A DNA stretch of 64,000 nt from an uncultured Desulfarculus sp. GTDB lineage: Bacteria > Desulfobacterota > Desulfarculia > Desulfarculales > Desulfarculaceae. Position 1 is the stretch's first letter. Every line of letters starts with the position of its first letter. Position numbers and translations under genes: made by a program. The notes below the pieces were generated by a model. It did no database searches. It had not been told where the DNA came from and saw only the letters and a program-made list of their open reading frames with translations. The stretch is from contig CAXXUK010000001.1 of the NCBI GenBank assembly GCA_963665125.2, forward strand, positions 1,344,001 to 1,408,000, in the 5' to 3' direction. Positions 39,142-48,387 of the stretch are shown here, piece after piece.

Positions 39142-40308
39142 ATGAATATCCAACAGAGAAGCAAATCATCATTCATCCCCGCCCTGGCCGCCGTTATCCT
39201 GGGCGCGGTGTACATGGTCTTTTTCCTGGCCGCAGAATCCGAGTTGGAGGTCTTCGGCCTGCTCCTTGGTGCGGGCGTGGTCCTGCTGATACTGCGTAAA
39301 ATGGGCGTTCTGGATAAAATCGGACGCGGCGCCTCCGACAACAGCATGGCCTTTGGCGCTTGCGTGGCCGTGGCCGCCGCGGCCATCAGCCTTTACTTTT
39401 ACGACGACAACTTCGTGTTGTTTTTGATCGGCTCGGTGTTGGCCTACACCCTGACCTGTCTGGGCCTCAATATCCAGTTCGGCTTCGTGGGCGTGGTCAA
39501 CTTCGCAGGAGCCTCGTTCTTCGGCGTGGGCTGCTACACCGCGGCCATCCTGACCAAGCACACGGCCACACCCCACCTGCTGATCCTGGTCCTGGGCGGG
39601 TTGGCAGCGGCGGCCCTGGGCTTTTTGATCCTGGTGCCGGTGCTCAAGACAAGGGGTCATTACGCGGCTCTTGTGACCATAGCCTTCGCCCTGCTGTTCA
39701 AGACCTTCCTGGAAGTCAACGACACCCTTGGCGGCCCCCAAGGCCTCAAGTGCGACGGGCTGCATATCCTTGGCTGGGACTTCAACACCGACATCATCAT
39801 CGGCTCTTTCGAAGGCTCGTTCTATCTGGGCTACATCGCCGTTATTCTGGTGCTGTGCGTGCTGGGCTTCGTCTTCGCCCGGCGCATGGAAGAATCATGG
39901 ATCGGCCTGAACATGGACGCCGTTCGCCTTGACGAAACGGTCAGCGCCTGCTTTGGCCTTTCCATTCCCACGTGGAAGGTGGCGGCCTTTACGGTGGGCA
40001 ACTTCTACTGCGGCCTGGCCGGCGCCTTTTACGCCATGATGCTGGGCTACATCGCACCCACCAACTTCACCTTCGGCGACTCGCTGATCTTGTTGTCCAT
40101 CGTCATCTTGGGCGGATTGGGATCCAGTTGGGGCGCCGTGGCGGCCACCGGCATCATCATCCTGCTGCCGGAAAAATTCCAGATGCTCCAGGAATACCGC
40201 TTCCTGATCTTCGCGGCGCTGGTCATAGGCATTTTGCTGTTCAGGCCCCAGGGCCTGCTGCCGCGGACCCTGCGCAGCTTCGCCCCCTTGAGATCCAGGC
40301 AGGGATAG
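39142..40308 (+). CDS. livM: Liv-type ABC permease (LivM-like)
   Basis: GLNIQFGFVGVVNF, LGGPQG, ILGGLGS, FRPQGL. Confidence 0.9.
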   Translation: MNIQQRSKSSFIPALAAVILGAVYMVFFLAAESELEVFGLLLGAGVVLLILRKMGVLDKIGRGASDNSMAFGACVAVAAAAISLYFYDDNFVLFLIGSVLAYTLTCLGLNIQFGFVGVVNFAGASFFGVGCYTAAILTKHTATPHLLILVLGGLAAAALGFLILVPVLKTRGHYAALVTIAFALLFKTFLEVNDTLGGPQGLKCDGLHILGWDFNTDIIIGSFEGSFYLGYIAVILVLCVLGFVFARRMEESWIGLNMDAVRLDETVSACFGLSIPTWKVAAFTVGNFYCGLAGAFYAMMLGYIAPTNFTFGDSLILLSIVILGGLGSSWGAVAATGIIILLPEKFQMLQEYRFLIFAALVIGILLFRPQGLLPRTLRSFAPLRSRQG

Positions 40309-40310
40309 CC

Positions 40311-41093
40311 ATGACATTGCAAACATCACTACTGAGCGTACAAAAGCTGGAAAAAAACTTCGGTGGCGTCAAGGCCCTGGCCGATCTTAACCTTGAGGTT
40401 GGGCAAAACCAGATTATGGGGCTCATCGGGCCCAACGGCTCTGGCAAGACGACCTTCTTCAACGTTCTTACCGGCATCTACCCCGTGACCAGCGGCAAGA
40501 TCTATTTTGAAGGCCACGACATCACCAACTTCACACCCCAAAAGGTCTACCGGGCCGGTGTTGCCCGCACCTTCCAGCGCTCGCGCCTGCTGCTGGAACT
40601 GTCGATCTTGGACAATATCCTGCTGGGCAACCACAACAGGCTCAACAACGGCCTGTGGTTTAACATGTTCCGGCGGGGGGCCTTGCAACAGCAGTTCAAC
40701 GACCGCCTGGAAAAGGCCAGGGAATTGATCAACATCTTTGACGAGTCTCTGGCCGGCAATATCTTCGAACCGGTGGCCAAGCTGCCGATGATCTCCCGCA
40801 GGCGCATCGAGATCTGCCGGGCCCTGATCAGCAGGCCAAAGCTGCTGCTGTTGGACGAGCCCTCGGCGGGCATGACCCATGACGAGACGTTCCGGCTCAT
40901 CGACGACATCCTGGAAATCAAGAGCAAGGTCCAGAACCTTACGATCATCATCATCGAGCACGAAATGTCGGTCATGGAGCGCATCACCGATCACTGCGCG
41001 GTGCTCAACTTCGGCGAAAAAATCTGTGAAGGCACCTATGAGCAAGTTTCCTCGGACAAAAACGTCCAGGAAGCATATTTGGGGATGGACTGA
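40311..41093 (+). CDS. livG: Liv-type ABC ATPase (LivG-like)
   Basis: Start moved to MTLQTS; GPNGSGKTT, ARTFQ, DEPSAGM, EAYLG. Confidence 0.9.
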   Translation: MTLQTSLLSVQKLEKNFGGVKALADLNLEVGQNQIMGLIGPNGSGKTTFFNVLTGIYPVTSGKIYFEGHDITNFTPQKVYRAGVARTFQRSRLLLELSILDNILLGNHNRLNNGLWFNMFRRGALQQQFNDRLEKARELINIFDESLAGNIFEPVAKLPMISRRRIEICRALISRPKLLLLDEPSAGMTHDETFRLIDDILEIKSKVQNLTIIIIEHEMSVMERITDHCAVLNFGEKICEGTYEQVSSDKNVQEAYLGMD

Positions 41094-41812
41094 TGCACGA
41101 TAGCACCCCGGCGCTGAGCGTCCAAAACATATACACGGCATATGACAGCGCGGACGTCCTGGAGAATCTGAACCTGGAGGTGGCCCAGGGCTCCATCACC
41201 TGCCTGCTGGGCTCCAACGGCTCGGGCAAGACCACCCTGATCCGCTCCATCCTGGGTCTGACCCCGGCCCGCAAGGGCAAGATATTGTTCATGGGCCAAG
41301 ACATCACCCAGCAGCGCACCTTCAAGATCGCCCGCATGGGCCTGGCCAGCATTCCCGAAGGCCGCAAGGTCTTCCCGGCCATGACCGTGGAGGAAAACCT
41401 GCTCCTGGGCGGCTATCAGGAAGACGACAAGCAGGTCCTGGCCCAACGCCTGGAAAAGGTCTACGGCATTTTCCCCCGCCTCAGGGAGCGCACCGGCCAG
41501 CTTGCCGGAACCATGTCCGGCGGCGAACAGGCCATGGTCTCCATCGGCCGGGGGCTGATGGGCGACCCCAAGGTGATGATCATCGACGAGCCGTCCCTGG
41601 GCCTTTCGCCCCTGCTGGTCAAGGAAAACTTCCGCATTATCCGCGAGATCAACCAGCAGGGCATCACCGTGTTTTTGGTGGAACAAAACGTGCGCCAGAC
41701 CCTGGCCATCTCCCATTTCGGCTATGTGCTCTCCAAGGGCCAGGTGGTGGCCCAGGGCACAGCTGAATACCTGCGGGACAACCAGGAAGTGCAACAGGCC
41801 TATTTCGGCTAG
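41093..41812 (+). CDS. livF: Liv-type ABC ATPase (LivF-like)
   Basis: GSNGSGKTT, PEGRKVF, MSGGEQ, DEPSLGLSP, VEQN. Confidence 0.9.
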   Translation: MHDSTPALSVQNIYTAYDSADVLENLNLEVAQGSITCLLGSNGSGKTTLIRSILGLTPARKGKILFMGQDITQQRTFKIARMGLASIPEGRKVFPAMTVEENLLLGGYQEDDKQVLAQRLEKVYGIFPRLRERTGQLAGTMSGGEQAMVSIGRGLMGDPKVMIIDEPSLGLSPLLVKENFRIIREINQQGITVFLVEQNVRQTLAISHFGYVLSKGQVVAQGTAEYLRDNQEVQQAYFG

Positions 41813-41832
41813 GGCCGCCAAGGAGACCGAAG

Positions 41833-42963
41833 ATGAGCAACACGCCGGACCCCGTGGAAATAGCCCAAGGGCTGATTCGCATCAACAGCATCAACCCGCC
41901 CGGCGGCGAGGAGGCCGCGGCCCGCTACGTGGGCCAGATGATGGCCGATGCCGGGCTCAAGGTCGAATACGCCTATCTGGCCGAAAACCGGGCCGGAGTC
42001 GTGGCCGCGCTGAGCGGGAACCAACCCGGACCGGTATTGGTGTTCACCGGCCATCTGGACACGGTGCCCCTGGGCACGGCCCAGTGGAGCTTTGACCCCC
42101 ACGGCGGCGAAATCGTCGACGGTTGTCTGCGGGGCCGGGGGGCCAGCGACATGAAAAGCGGCATCGCGGCCATGACCGCAGCGGCCCTTGAGCTGGCGAA
42201 AGGGCCCAACGGCCGGGGCGAAATCATCTTCGCCTTCACTGCCGGCGAGGAAACAGGCTGCGACGGGGCCTGGCAAATGGTTAACAGCCATGCCGTGCCC
42301 GCCAGGGCCGACGCATTGGTGGTGGCCGAGCCTTCGGGCATGCAGCCGTTTCTGGGGCACAAGGGCGCCTTGTGGCTGGAATGCCTTGCCCGGGGCAAGT
42401 CGGCCCACGGCTCCATGCCCGACAAGGGTGAAAACGCCATTTACAAGGCGGCAAGGGCCGCGGCCGGGCTGGAGCATTTCTTCAGCGATCCGGCTGAGCA
42501 CGCCCAATTGGGCAAGCCCACCATCAACGTGGGCACCTTCAGCGGCGGCAGCAAGATCAACATGGTGCCGGACCAGGCCATGTTCCAGGTGGACCTGCGC
42601 ACCGTGCCCGGGCAAAATCATGGCGAACTTATTGAGCAAATCAAGCTTCGCATGGGCCCGGATATCGCGGTCAAGCAGCTAATCGACCTGCCCGGCTTCC
42701 TGACCCCGGCCGACGACCCCTGGATCACCGGCATACTAAAAATCATGCAGCGCATCCAGGGAGGTCAGCCAACGCCCGGTTACGTTAATTTCTTCACCGA
42801 CGCTTCAGTGCTCAAGCCGTCTCTTGGCGACCCGCCGACCATAGTGCTTGGCCCTGGAGACCCCGGCCAGGCCCACCAGACCGACGAGTTCTGTCCCGTG
42901 GACCAAATCAGGCAGGCAGCCCAAGTGTATGTGGAAATAGCGCGGCAGTGGCTGGGCGTCTAG
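41833..42963 (+). CDS. M20 metallohydrolase (ArgE/DapE family)
   Basis: GHLDTVP, GRGASDMKSG, GEE, EPS, AHGS and AHQTDE metal ligands are intact. Confidence 0.9.
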   Translation: MSNTPDPVEIAQGLIRINSINPPGGEEAAARYVGQMMADAGLKVEYAYLAENRAGVVAALSGNQPGPVLVFTGHLDTVPLGTAQWSFDPHGGEIVDGCLRGRGASDMKSGIAAMTAAALELAKGPNGRGEIIFAFTAGEETGCDGAWQMVNSHAVPARADALVVAEPSGMQPFLGHKGALWLECLARGKSAHGSMPDKGENAIYKAARAAAGLEHFFSDPAEHAQLGKPTINVGTFSGGSKINMVPDQAMFQVDLRTVPGQNHGELIEQIKLRMGPDIAVKQLIDLPGFLTPADDPWITGILKIMQRIQGGQPTPGYVNFFTDASVLKPSLGDPPTIVLGPGDPGQAHQTDEFCPVDQIRQAAQVYVEIARQWLGV

Positions 42964-42990
42964 TGGGCGCGGTTAGGCCCGGTCTTGCCT

Positions 42991-43602
42991 TTAGCCGGTG
43001 ACCAGTTTCCTGGCGCCGGAGGAAAAAACATTGAATCTCATACCCAGAATCCGCAGATGGGTGACTGTTCCGCGTTGGATGAAGCCGACCTTTTTGGCGT
43101 AATTGCGCGAAGGGATGTTATCCTCTCTGATCAGGGTGAAAATCCGGCGGTAACCGTTGGCGTGCAGCCATTCGGACATCAAAATATAAGAACTGGACAT
43201 TATGTTTTTACCCCGGTAATCCGGGCGGACCCAGCTCTTGTAGGTAAAAGCGCAATCGCCAGATATTTTAATAAATTTGTCCTGCACCACCTGCAATTCG
43301 CCCAGGGACACCCAAACGTAGAACACAACATCTTCACCGTATCTGCCCAGAACGACCTTGTCTCCGGCCGCAAGCCGTTTTCGGGAATAGCGAAGGCTTG
43401 ACTCATCGTAGTCCATATCCGGCATTTCCAGGTAACCGAGGTCGTCTTCCGTACCGAAATAAAATTCAAAACCAGCTAATCCGGGCTTTTGGTCGTTGAC
43501 CTTATCAACATCGACGCAATAAAAAATCTCGGCGCTGCGGCTAAATGCGAATTGCCTGATTTTCCACAGGTGCAGTCCGCTGACAATTGATTTCAGATTC
43601 AT
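42991..43602 (-). CDS. GNAT-family N-acetyltransferase
   Basis: VRPDYRGKNI acetyl-CoA motif A; NIPSRNYAKKVGF motif B. Confidence 0.8.
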   Translation of the reverse strand: MNLKSIVSGLHLWKIRQFAFSRSAEIFYCVDVDKVNDQKPGLAGFEFYFGTEDDLGYLEMPDMDYDESSLRYSRKRLAAGDKVVLGRYGEDVVFYVWVSLGELQVVQDKFIKISGDCAFTYKSWVRPDYRGKNIMSSSYILMSEWLHANGYRRIFTLIREDNIPSRNYAKKVGFIQRGTVTHLRILGMRFNVFSSGARKLVTG

Positions 43603-43700
43603 GGTTTCACTCCGGAATGTTTATTATTCACAAAGAGTCCGGTGATTATCCCCTTCATCAACTATTTTGCCGACTAAACTGGCGCCCAATTTTCCAAGCG

Positions 43701-44810
43701 TTAACCACGCAATCTGGCCTTGGCTTTTTGGGCCATTTGTTCCAACGTCAATTGCAATCGTTTTTGCTGTATTACATACCACTGCATCAATTTGCTATCA
43801 GTGGAAAGACTCCTCTTATATTCGGAGTCACCAGCCATGAAATCAAATATCTTGTAGCCCTGGGCCGCGTTGTAGGGAATCGCCAAGGCAAGGGAAACAA
43901 TCCCCGGTGAATTGGCAAAACGTTCGTAATTGAATCCGTTCTGGTAATGGTATACCACACCTTGATAGACAAAATTATAGATACAACCCAGAGTTTCCTC
44001 ACCGCAAAGAATGTGCAGAAGCTGGATTTCCCCGGCATCGAAACGCCTTTCGATTAGGGTTTTATGGAAGTCCGTAAACCATTCATTGGCGAACGCTCCG
44101 GGGTAGCCCCGTTTTTGCCAATACACTTGGTGCAGCCCAACCATCTCGTCAAATACGCGCATCGCCGTGGAAAGATCGCCTGCCGCCTGAAGTTGCAGAG
44201 GTCCCTGTTCGGAGAGCTTTCTCATTGACCTGCGGATATTGCGCCGGGTTTTCGGGGATAGTTTGACAATAAAGCTCTCTTCGTCCAGGTCAATGCCGCT
44301 CAGGTCAACATGACAGGCAACCAACTCTTTTTGTTTTAAAATTCGGTATTCATCAGCCAATTCATCCAGACAGTCGGCCGGAAACAACCTGCCGTCCAGG
44401 GCGGGCAGATGGAATTCGTCCCATTTTGCAGGCAGGGCAGCCAACAAGGCCCGAAGAAGGTCGGCATTTTGCCCCAAGCCGGGGATTTGATTATATTCCA
44501 GGGTCAGGCTGTCGTAGGATTCATGCCCCGTGTAATGCAGAAAATATGAATCACTGTTGACGATCAGGTGCCGGTTTTGCCTGGCATGACCCAACAAACA
44601 CGCGCAACATGCACCCTCCCCGTCCAGCTTGATCAAATCGATCTCGGCATCTAGCGGAACTTTGCTCAGCCAAAGCTCCACCCAAGGCCAGGAGAAGAAA
44701 TAGCCGTGGGGCTGGTGATTGGCTGCATCCGACCAAATCTCGCGCCACGGTTCAAATCCTTGCGACACCAGATCCCTGGTGCGTTTAAATACTTCAATGT
44801 TTGCAGTCAT
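43701..44810 (-). CDS. GNAT-family protein of the CelD/BcsL (FemAB-like, Acetyltransf_6) type
   Basis: FFSWPWVELW, LSPKTRRNIRRS, YQNGF, SPG, FDFMAGDSEYK. Confidence 0.82.
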   Translation of the reverse strand: MTANIEVFKRTRDLVSQGFEPWREIWSDAANHQPHGYFFSWPWVELWLSKVPLDAEIDLIKLDGEGACCACLLGHARQNRHLIVNSDSYFLHYTGHESYDSLTLEYNQIPGLGQNADLLRALLAALPAKWDEFHLPALDGRLFPADCLDELADEYRILKQKELVACHVDLSGIDLDEESFIVKLSPKTRRNIRRSMRKLSEQGPLQLQAAGDLSTAMRVFDEMVGLHQVYWQKRGYPGAFANEWFTDFHKTLIERRFDAGEIQLLHILCGEETLGCIYNFVYQGVVYHYQNGFNYERFANSPGIVSLALAIPYNAAQGYKIFDFMAGDSEYKRSLSTDSKLMQWYVIQQKRLQLTLEQMAQKAKARLRG

Positions 44811-45849
44811 TTTTCCTGTTTGTCGACTGGTATTCCTGCCTGGATTTGGCGGAATAATCCATCAGTTTTGGAAAATGAATGGCAGCTCGAATGTAGTTCA
44901 AGTCATCACCGGAATCAAGGCGCGGAATCTCAAAACGCTTGAGATCGCACACTTTGGACACTCCGGTATTATAGGTGAAAGCCAACTTATAACCAGCGTC
45001 TTGGGCCAAATCCAATGTTGCCTTATTGATGTGTCTAAGTCCGCCCACCGGATATGCAATTGAACGCACTTGTTGGCCCAACCTGTTTTCAATGATGACC
45101 TTTGATTTTATTATTTCTTCTGCCTGATCCACATTGCTCAGAGTCGATAAGACCCAATGATTGCAGGTATGGGAACCAATGGCGATGCCGGAATCATAGG
45201 CTTGGCGCAACTGCTCCCAGGTCATCAGTTCCTTATCCATTAACGCTTTTGATGGCGGCGGAGAGTCGGCGGCGGTGGCCAACTCGGCAACCAAATTGGC
45301 CGTGCGTTGTTTGGGCGCTGTCTTCATCAATGTTAAAAAATGGCTGATAACGCCTGGCCGGTCTGCTTCCAGGTCAAACGTTTCACCTCTGTATTCGATC
45401 CGCGGCTTTTTACTGTTTTTAATGACAAAGGCGATCTGGTCCCACCAGCCAAGATTGCGATTTTCCACCAACAATGCCGGCGCGAAAAAAATTGCCGGGA
45501 CTCCCGCTTGGTTCAGAACGGGCATGGCCAATTCGAAATTGTCGATATAGACGTCATCAAAGGTAATCATGGAATAAGGCCCCTTGCCGGTAGGACCGTT
45601 TTCCATGGCCCGCACAAGGTCGGCTTCACTCAAGACAGTGGTGTACCTGGCCAGATATTCCACGGAGCGGCGCAAGGCGTCTTGGGTCTGGCCAAAAACA
45701 CCTTCATCAAAAAGGGTATCCGGCGCGCCGCAAGCCGTGCTGATGCGGTGATAGTTGAATACATACAACAACCGGCAGTTTGCCTGCCTTGCAAGCCTGC
45801 CCAGGCCGCAACGCAAGGCTATTTCCGCCAGCAGTATCCTTTTATTCAT
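44794..45849 (-). CDS. Polysaccharide deacetylase (CE4/NodB family)
   Basis: YHRI, ITFDD, MTWEQL, IGSHTCNH, IAYPVG, IPR. Start MNKRILL. Confidence 0.88.
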   Translation of the reverse strand: MNKRILLAEIALRCGLGRLARQANCRLLYVFNYHRISTACGAPDTLFDEGVFGQTQDALRRSVEYLARYTTVLSEADLVRAMENGPTGKGPYSMITFDDVYIDNFELAMPVLNQAGVPAIFFAPALLVENRNLGWWDQIAFVIKNSKKPRIEYRGETFDLEADRPGVISHFLTLMKTAPKQRTANLVAELATAADSPPPSKALMDKELMTWEQLRQAYDSGIAIGSHTCNHWVLSTLSNVDQAEEIIKSKVIIENRLGQQVRSIAYPVGGLRHINKATLDLAQDAGYKLAFTYNTGVSKVCDLKRFEIPRLDSGDDLNYIRAAIHFPKLMDYSAKSRQEYQSTNRKNDCKH

Positions 45850-46235
45850 CGGTTCCCCGGCCTCCAGGCTTGCCGCTATGGTCAAAAAATTCCAGTCCCC
45901 TGATAGGGATACAAACTGGCTCCCAGCTTGCAGCGTTACGGTTCATTACCATTGAATATTTGATACATCCAATTTGCATCAAACTCCAGACGTAGCGCCA
46001 AACGGCTACCCCCAGAATGCCCCAACATCGGGGGTGTAGTCGAGAAATGAATGCAAAACAAGTCGCCGAAAAGACGATTATTTTTAATACGACACGGCGG
46101 ACGGCCAACGCTTGGCCAAGTTCAATGCCCCAAAGCCGTGGCCGTCGGCCCGCCGGAATGGCCGTGTAGTAATTCCAATTGAACTTCACCATAATATGGT
46201 AAATAGAAATAAGATGTTGCATTTTCACAACAAGG

Positions 46236-47633
46236 TTGGATCGGGTGGTTAACAAACAAAGCACAGGCCTTGCCGACTATATCGGCCACATCATGGTGGT
46301 CGACGATGACAATATTACCCTGAAAAACGTGCGGCGAATCCTGGAGAAAGAAGGCCACCGGGTTTCAACATACAACAACCCGGTTCGCGCCCTTGAGTCA
46401 TTGGAAGAAAACTGTTTTGACATCCTGCTGAGCGACCTGAGCATGCCCTACCTCGACGGCCTGGAACTGCTGGAGCAGGCCAAACGGGTTCACCGGGACC
46501 TGGAAGTGATCATCATCACGGGTTTCGCCAGCCTGGACAAGGCCGTGGAGGCTACCAAAAAGGGCGCCTATCATTTTCTGGCCAAACCATTCGAGCCCAC
46601 CCAGCTGCGGGAAGTCGTCAACCAGGCCATTGATCAAAAACGCCGCCGGAACATGGCGCGCAGCATGAACACCAACGATGAGCCTGACCCCGACGCCCCC
46701 CTGATCATCGGCCAGAGCCCGCAAATGATCAGGGTAGGCGAAACCATCGCCCAGGTGGCGCCCACCGACTGCAACATCCTGCTCTCCGGCGAATCCGGCA
46801 CGGGCAAGGAGTTGGCGGCCAAGGCCATTCACGCCCAAAGCGGTCGCAACAAAGGCCCGCTGGTGGCGTTCAACTGCGCGTCTCTGAACCAGGAACTGAT
46901 GGAAAACGAACTGTTCGGCCACGAAAAAGGCGCCTACACGGGAGCGGCCGACACCAAGGCCGGCCTGTTGGAGGCGGCCCACGGCGGCACGGTCTTTTTG
47001 GATGAAATCGGCGAGATACCCCAAAGCATGCAGATCACCCTGCTCCGGGCCCTGCAGGAGCGCGAAGTCCTGCGTGTTGGCGGCACCAAACCGGTTCCAC
47101 TGGACGTGCGCATCATCGCCGCATCCGCCCGGGACCTCAAGGCGGCGGTGGAACAGGGCCTTTTCCGTAGCGACCTCTATTACAGGCTCAACGTGGTCAA
47201 TCTGAGCCTGCCGCTTTTGGCCGAACGTAAAGGCGACATCCCGCTTTTGGCCTATTACTTCCTGGACAAGTTCAAGACCCGGATGAACAAGGTCGTGCGG
47301 GGCATATCCCAGGAGGCCATGGAGTTGTTGGAGAACTATGCCTATCCTGGCAATGTCCGGGAACTGATGAACATCATGGAAAGGGCCGTTGCCTTGTGCC
47401 GGGGCGAGGTTATCATGCCCCACGACCTGCCCGGCGACCTGTCGGAACTGGAATTGAAAAGCTTTCTACAGCCAAGCAGCCAGGCCCCCACCCTGGAAGA
47501 GCTGGAGCGGCAATATGTGGAGCACGTGCTCACCCTGACCGGTGGCGTGCGCAGCAAGGCCGCCGAGATCCTGGGCATCGACCGCGTCTCCCTGTGGCGC
47601 AAGTTGAAGAAATACGGCCTGGAAGACGCCTGA
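46236..47633 (+). CDS. Sigma54-dependent response regulator (NtrC family: REC-AAA+-Fis HTH)
   Basis: VVDDD, GESGTGKE, ELFGHEKGAYTGA, FLDEIGE, FRSDLYYRLNV, PGNVREL, AAEILGI. Start codon uncertain. Confidence 0.94.
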   Translation: MDRVVNKQSTGLADYIGHIMVVDDDNITLKNVRRILEKEGHRVSTYNNPVRALESLEENCFDILLSDLSMPYLDGLELLEQAKRVHRDLEVIIITGFASLDKAVEATKKGAYHFLAKPFEPTQLREVVNQAIDQKRRRNMARSMNTNDEPDPDAPLIIGQSPQMIRVGETIAQVAPTDCNILLSGESGTGKELAAKAIHAQSGRNKGPLVAFNCASLNQELMENELFGHEKGAYTGAADTKAGLLEAAHGGTVFLDEIGEIPQSMQITLLRALQEREVLRVGGTKPVPLDVRIIAASARDLKAAVEQGLFRSDLYYRLNVVNLSLPLLAERKGDIPLLAYYFLDKFKTRMNKVVRGISQEAMELLENYAYPGNVRELMNIMERAVALCRGEVIMPHDLPGDLSELELKSFLQPSSQAPTLEELERQYVEHVLTLTGGVRSKAAEILGIDRVSLWRKLKKYGLEDA

Positions 47634-47662
47634 ATAGTACACCGCCGGTCAATTTCAAAAAC

Positions 47663-47766
47663 GTTACCCATCACAACACGCCGTTGCAAATTTCAACAAA
47701 TCGTTTTTTTGTTTAATTCACGGGCCGCCACGCCTTTGCCAACATGCCGGTGTTGCGTTTTGCAAC
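47663..47766. promoter_or_regulatory. Repeated 15-bp palindromic enhancer sites GTT(G/A)C-N5-NCAAC
   Basis: GTTACCCATCACAAC 47663-47677, GTTGCAAATTTCAAC 47683-47697, GTTGCGTTTTGCAAC 47752-47766. Confidence 0.65.
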
Positions 47767-47844
47767 ACTTCCATCCCCGTTTCACCCCAGAGCTTGTGCA
47801 TTAATTTTCTATTGAATTCACCCCCATAGCCACAAATTGAAAAC

Positions 47845-47860
47845 TGGCCCGCTCTTTGCT
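47845..47860 (+). promoter_or_regulatory. Sigma54 (-24/-12) promoter
   Basis: TGGCCC-GCTCT-TTGCT with exact spacing, 31 nt before the usp-like start. Confidence 0.78.
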
Positions 47861-47891
47861 CTATACCAAGGCCAGAAGAGGTGGAATTCCT

Positions 47892-48338
47892 ATGTTTCAA
47901 AGAATTCTGGTCGTGATGGAAAACCTGAGAGTCAGCCCAAGGGCCATAGCCTACGCAAGGGAATTGGCCCTGCGCATGGACGCGGAAGTGGCCCTGCTGA
48001 TGCTGGCGGATATGCCCTTTGCCCAGGGCCAGGGCCTTGCCGAAAAACGCAAGTCCCTGGGCAGGCTGACCGAACAGGCAAGCCGGGTTTTGTCCGAGAT
48101 CGGAGAGCAATATCTCCAAGCCGGCATAGCCACCAGCGCGGTTCTGCAGGTAGGCGACCAGGCCCAGGAATTGGCCAAGTTTCTGGCCAAGCATCCACCA
48201 TATCAGGTTGTCATCTGGGGCAGCGACGACCGCCTGCCCGGCGGCTCGAAAAAGCATTGGATCGGCCAGGCGGCCGCTGTTCTGGAGTGCCCCCTGCTTA
48301 CAGTCCACAGCCGAGGCGATCCTGGGGGAAAAAGTTGA
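47892..48338 (+). CDS. Universal stress protein-like
   Basis: MFQRILVV...AIAYARELALRMDAEV...VGD...LECPLLTV; GAGGTG RBS. Confidence 0.78.
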   Translation: MFQRILVVMENLRVSPRAIAYARELALRMDAEVALLMLADMPFAQGQGLAEKRKSLGRLTEQASRVLSEIGEQYLQAGIATSAVLQVGDQAQELAKFLAKHPPYQVVIWGSDDRLPGGSKKHWIGQAAAVLECPLLTVHSRGDPGGKS

Positions 48339-48387
48339 CAGGTAGTGGTTTTATTCAGCGCAACAGGTTTAGTAGAGGTGAGTGCTC

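Noticed and set aside
44746..44770. tRNA-like 3' end GGTTCAAATCC...ACCA
   Set aside because: The T-stem has a mismatch, too few bases precede CCA for an acceptor stem, no D or anticodon arm is present, and it lies within a GNAT gene.
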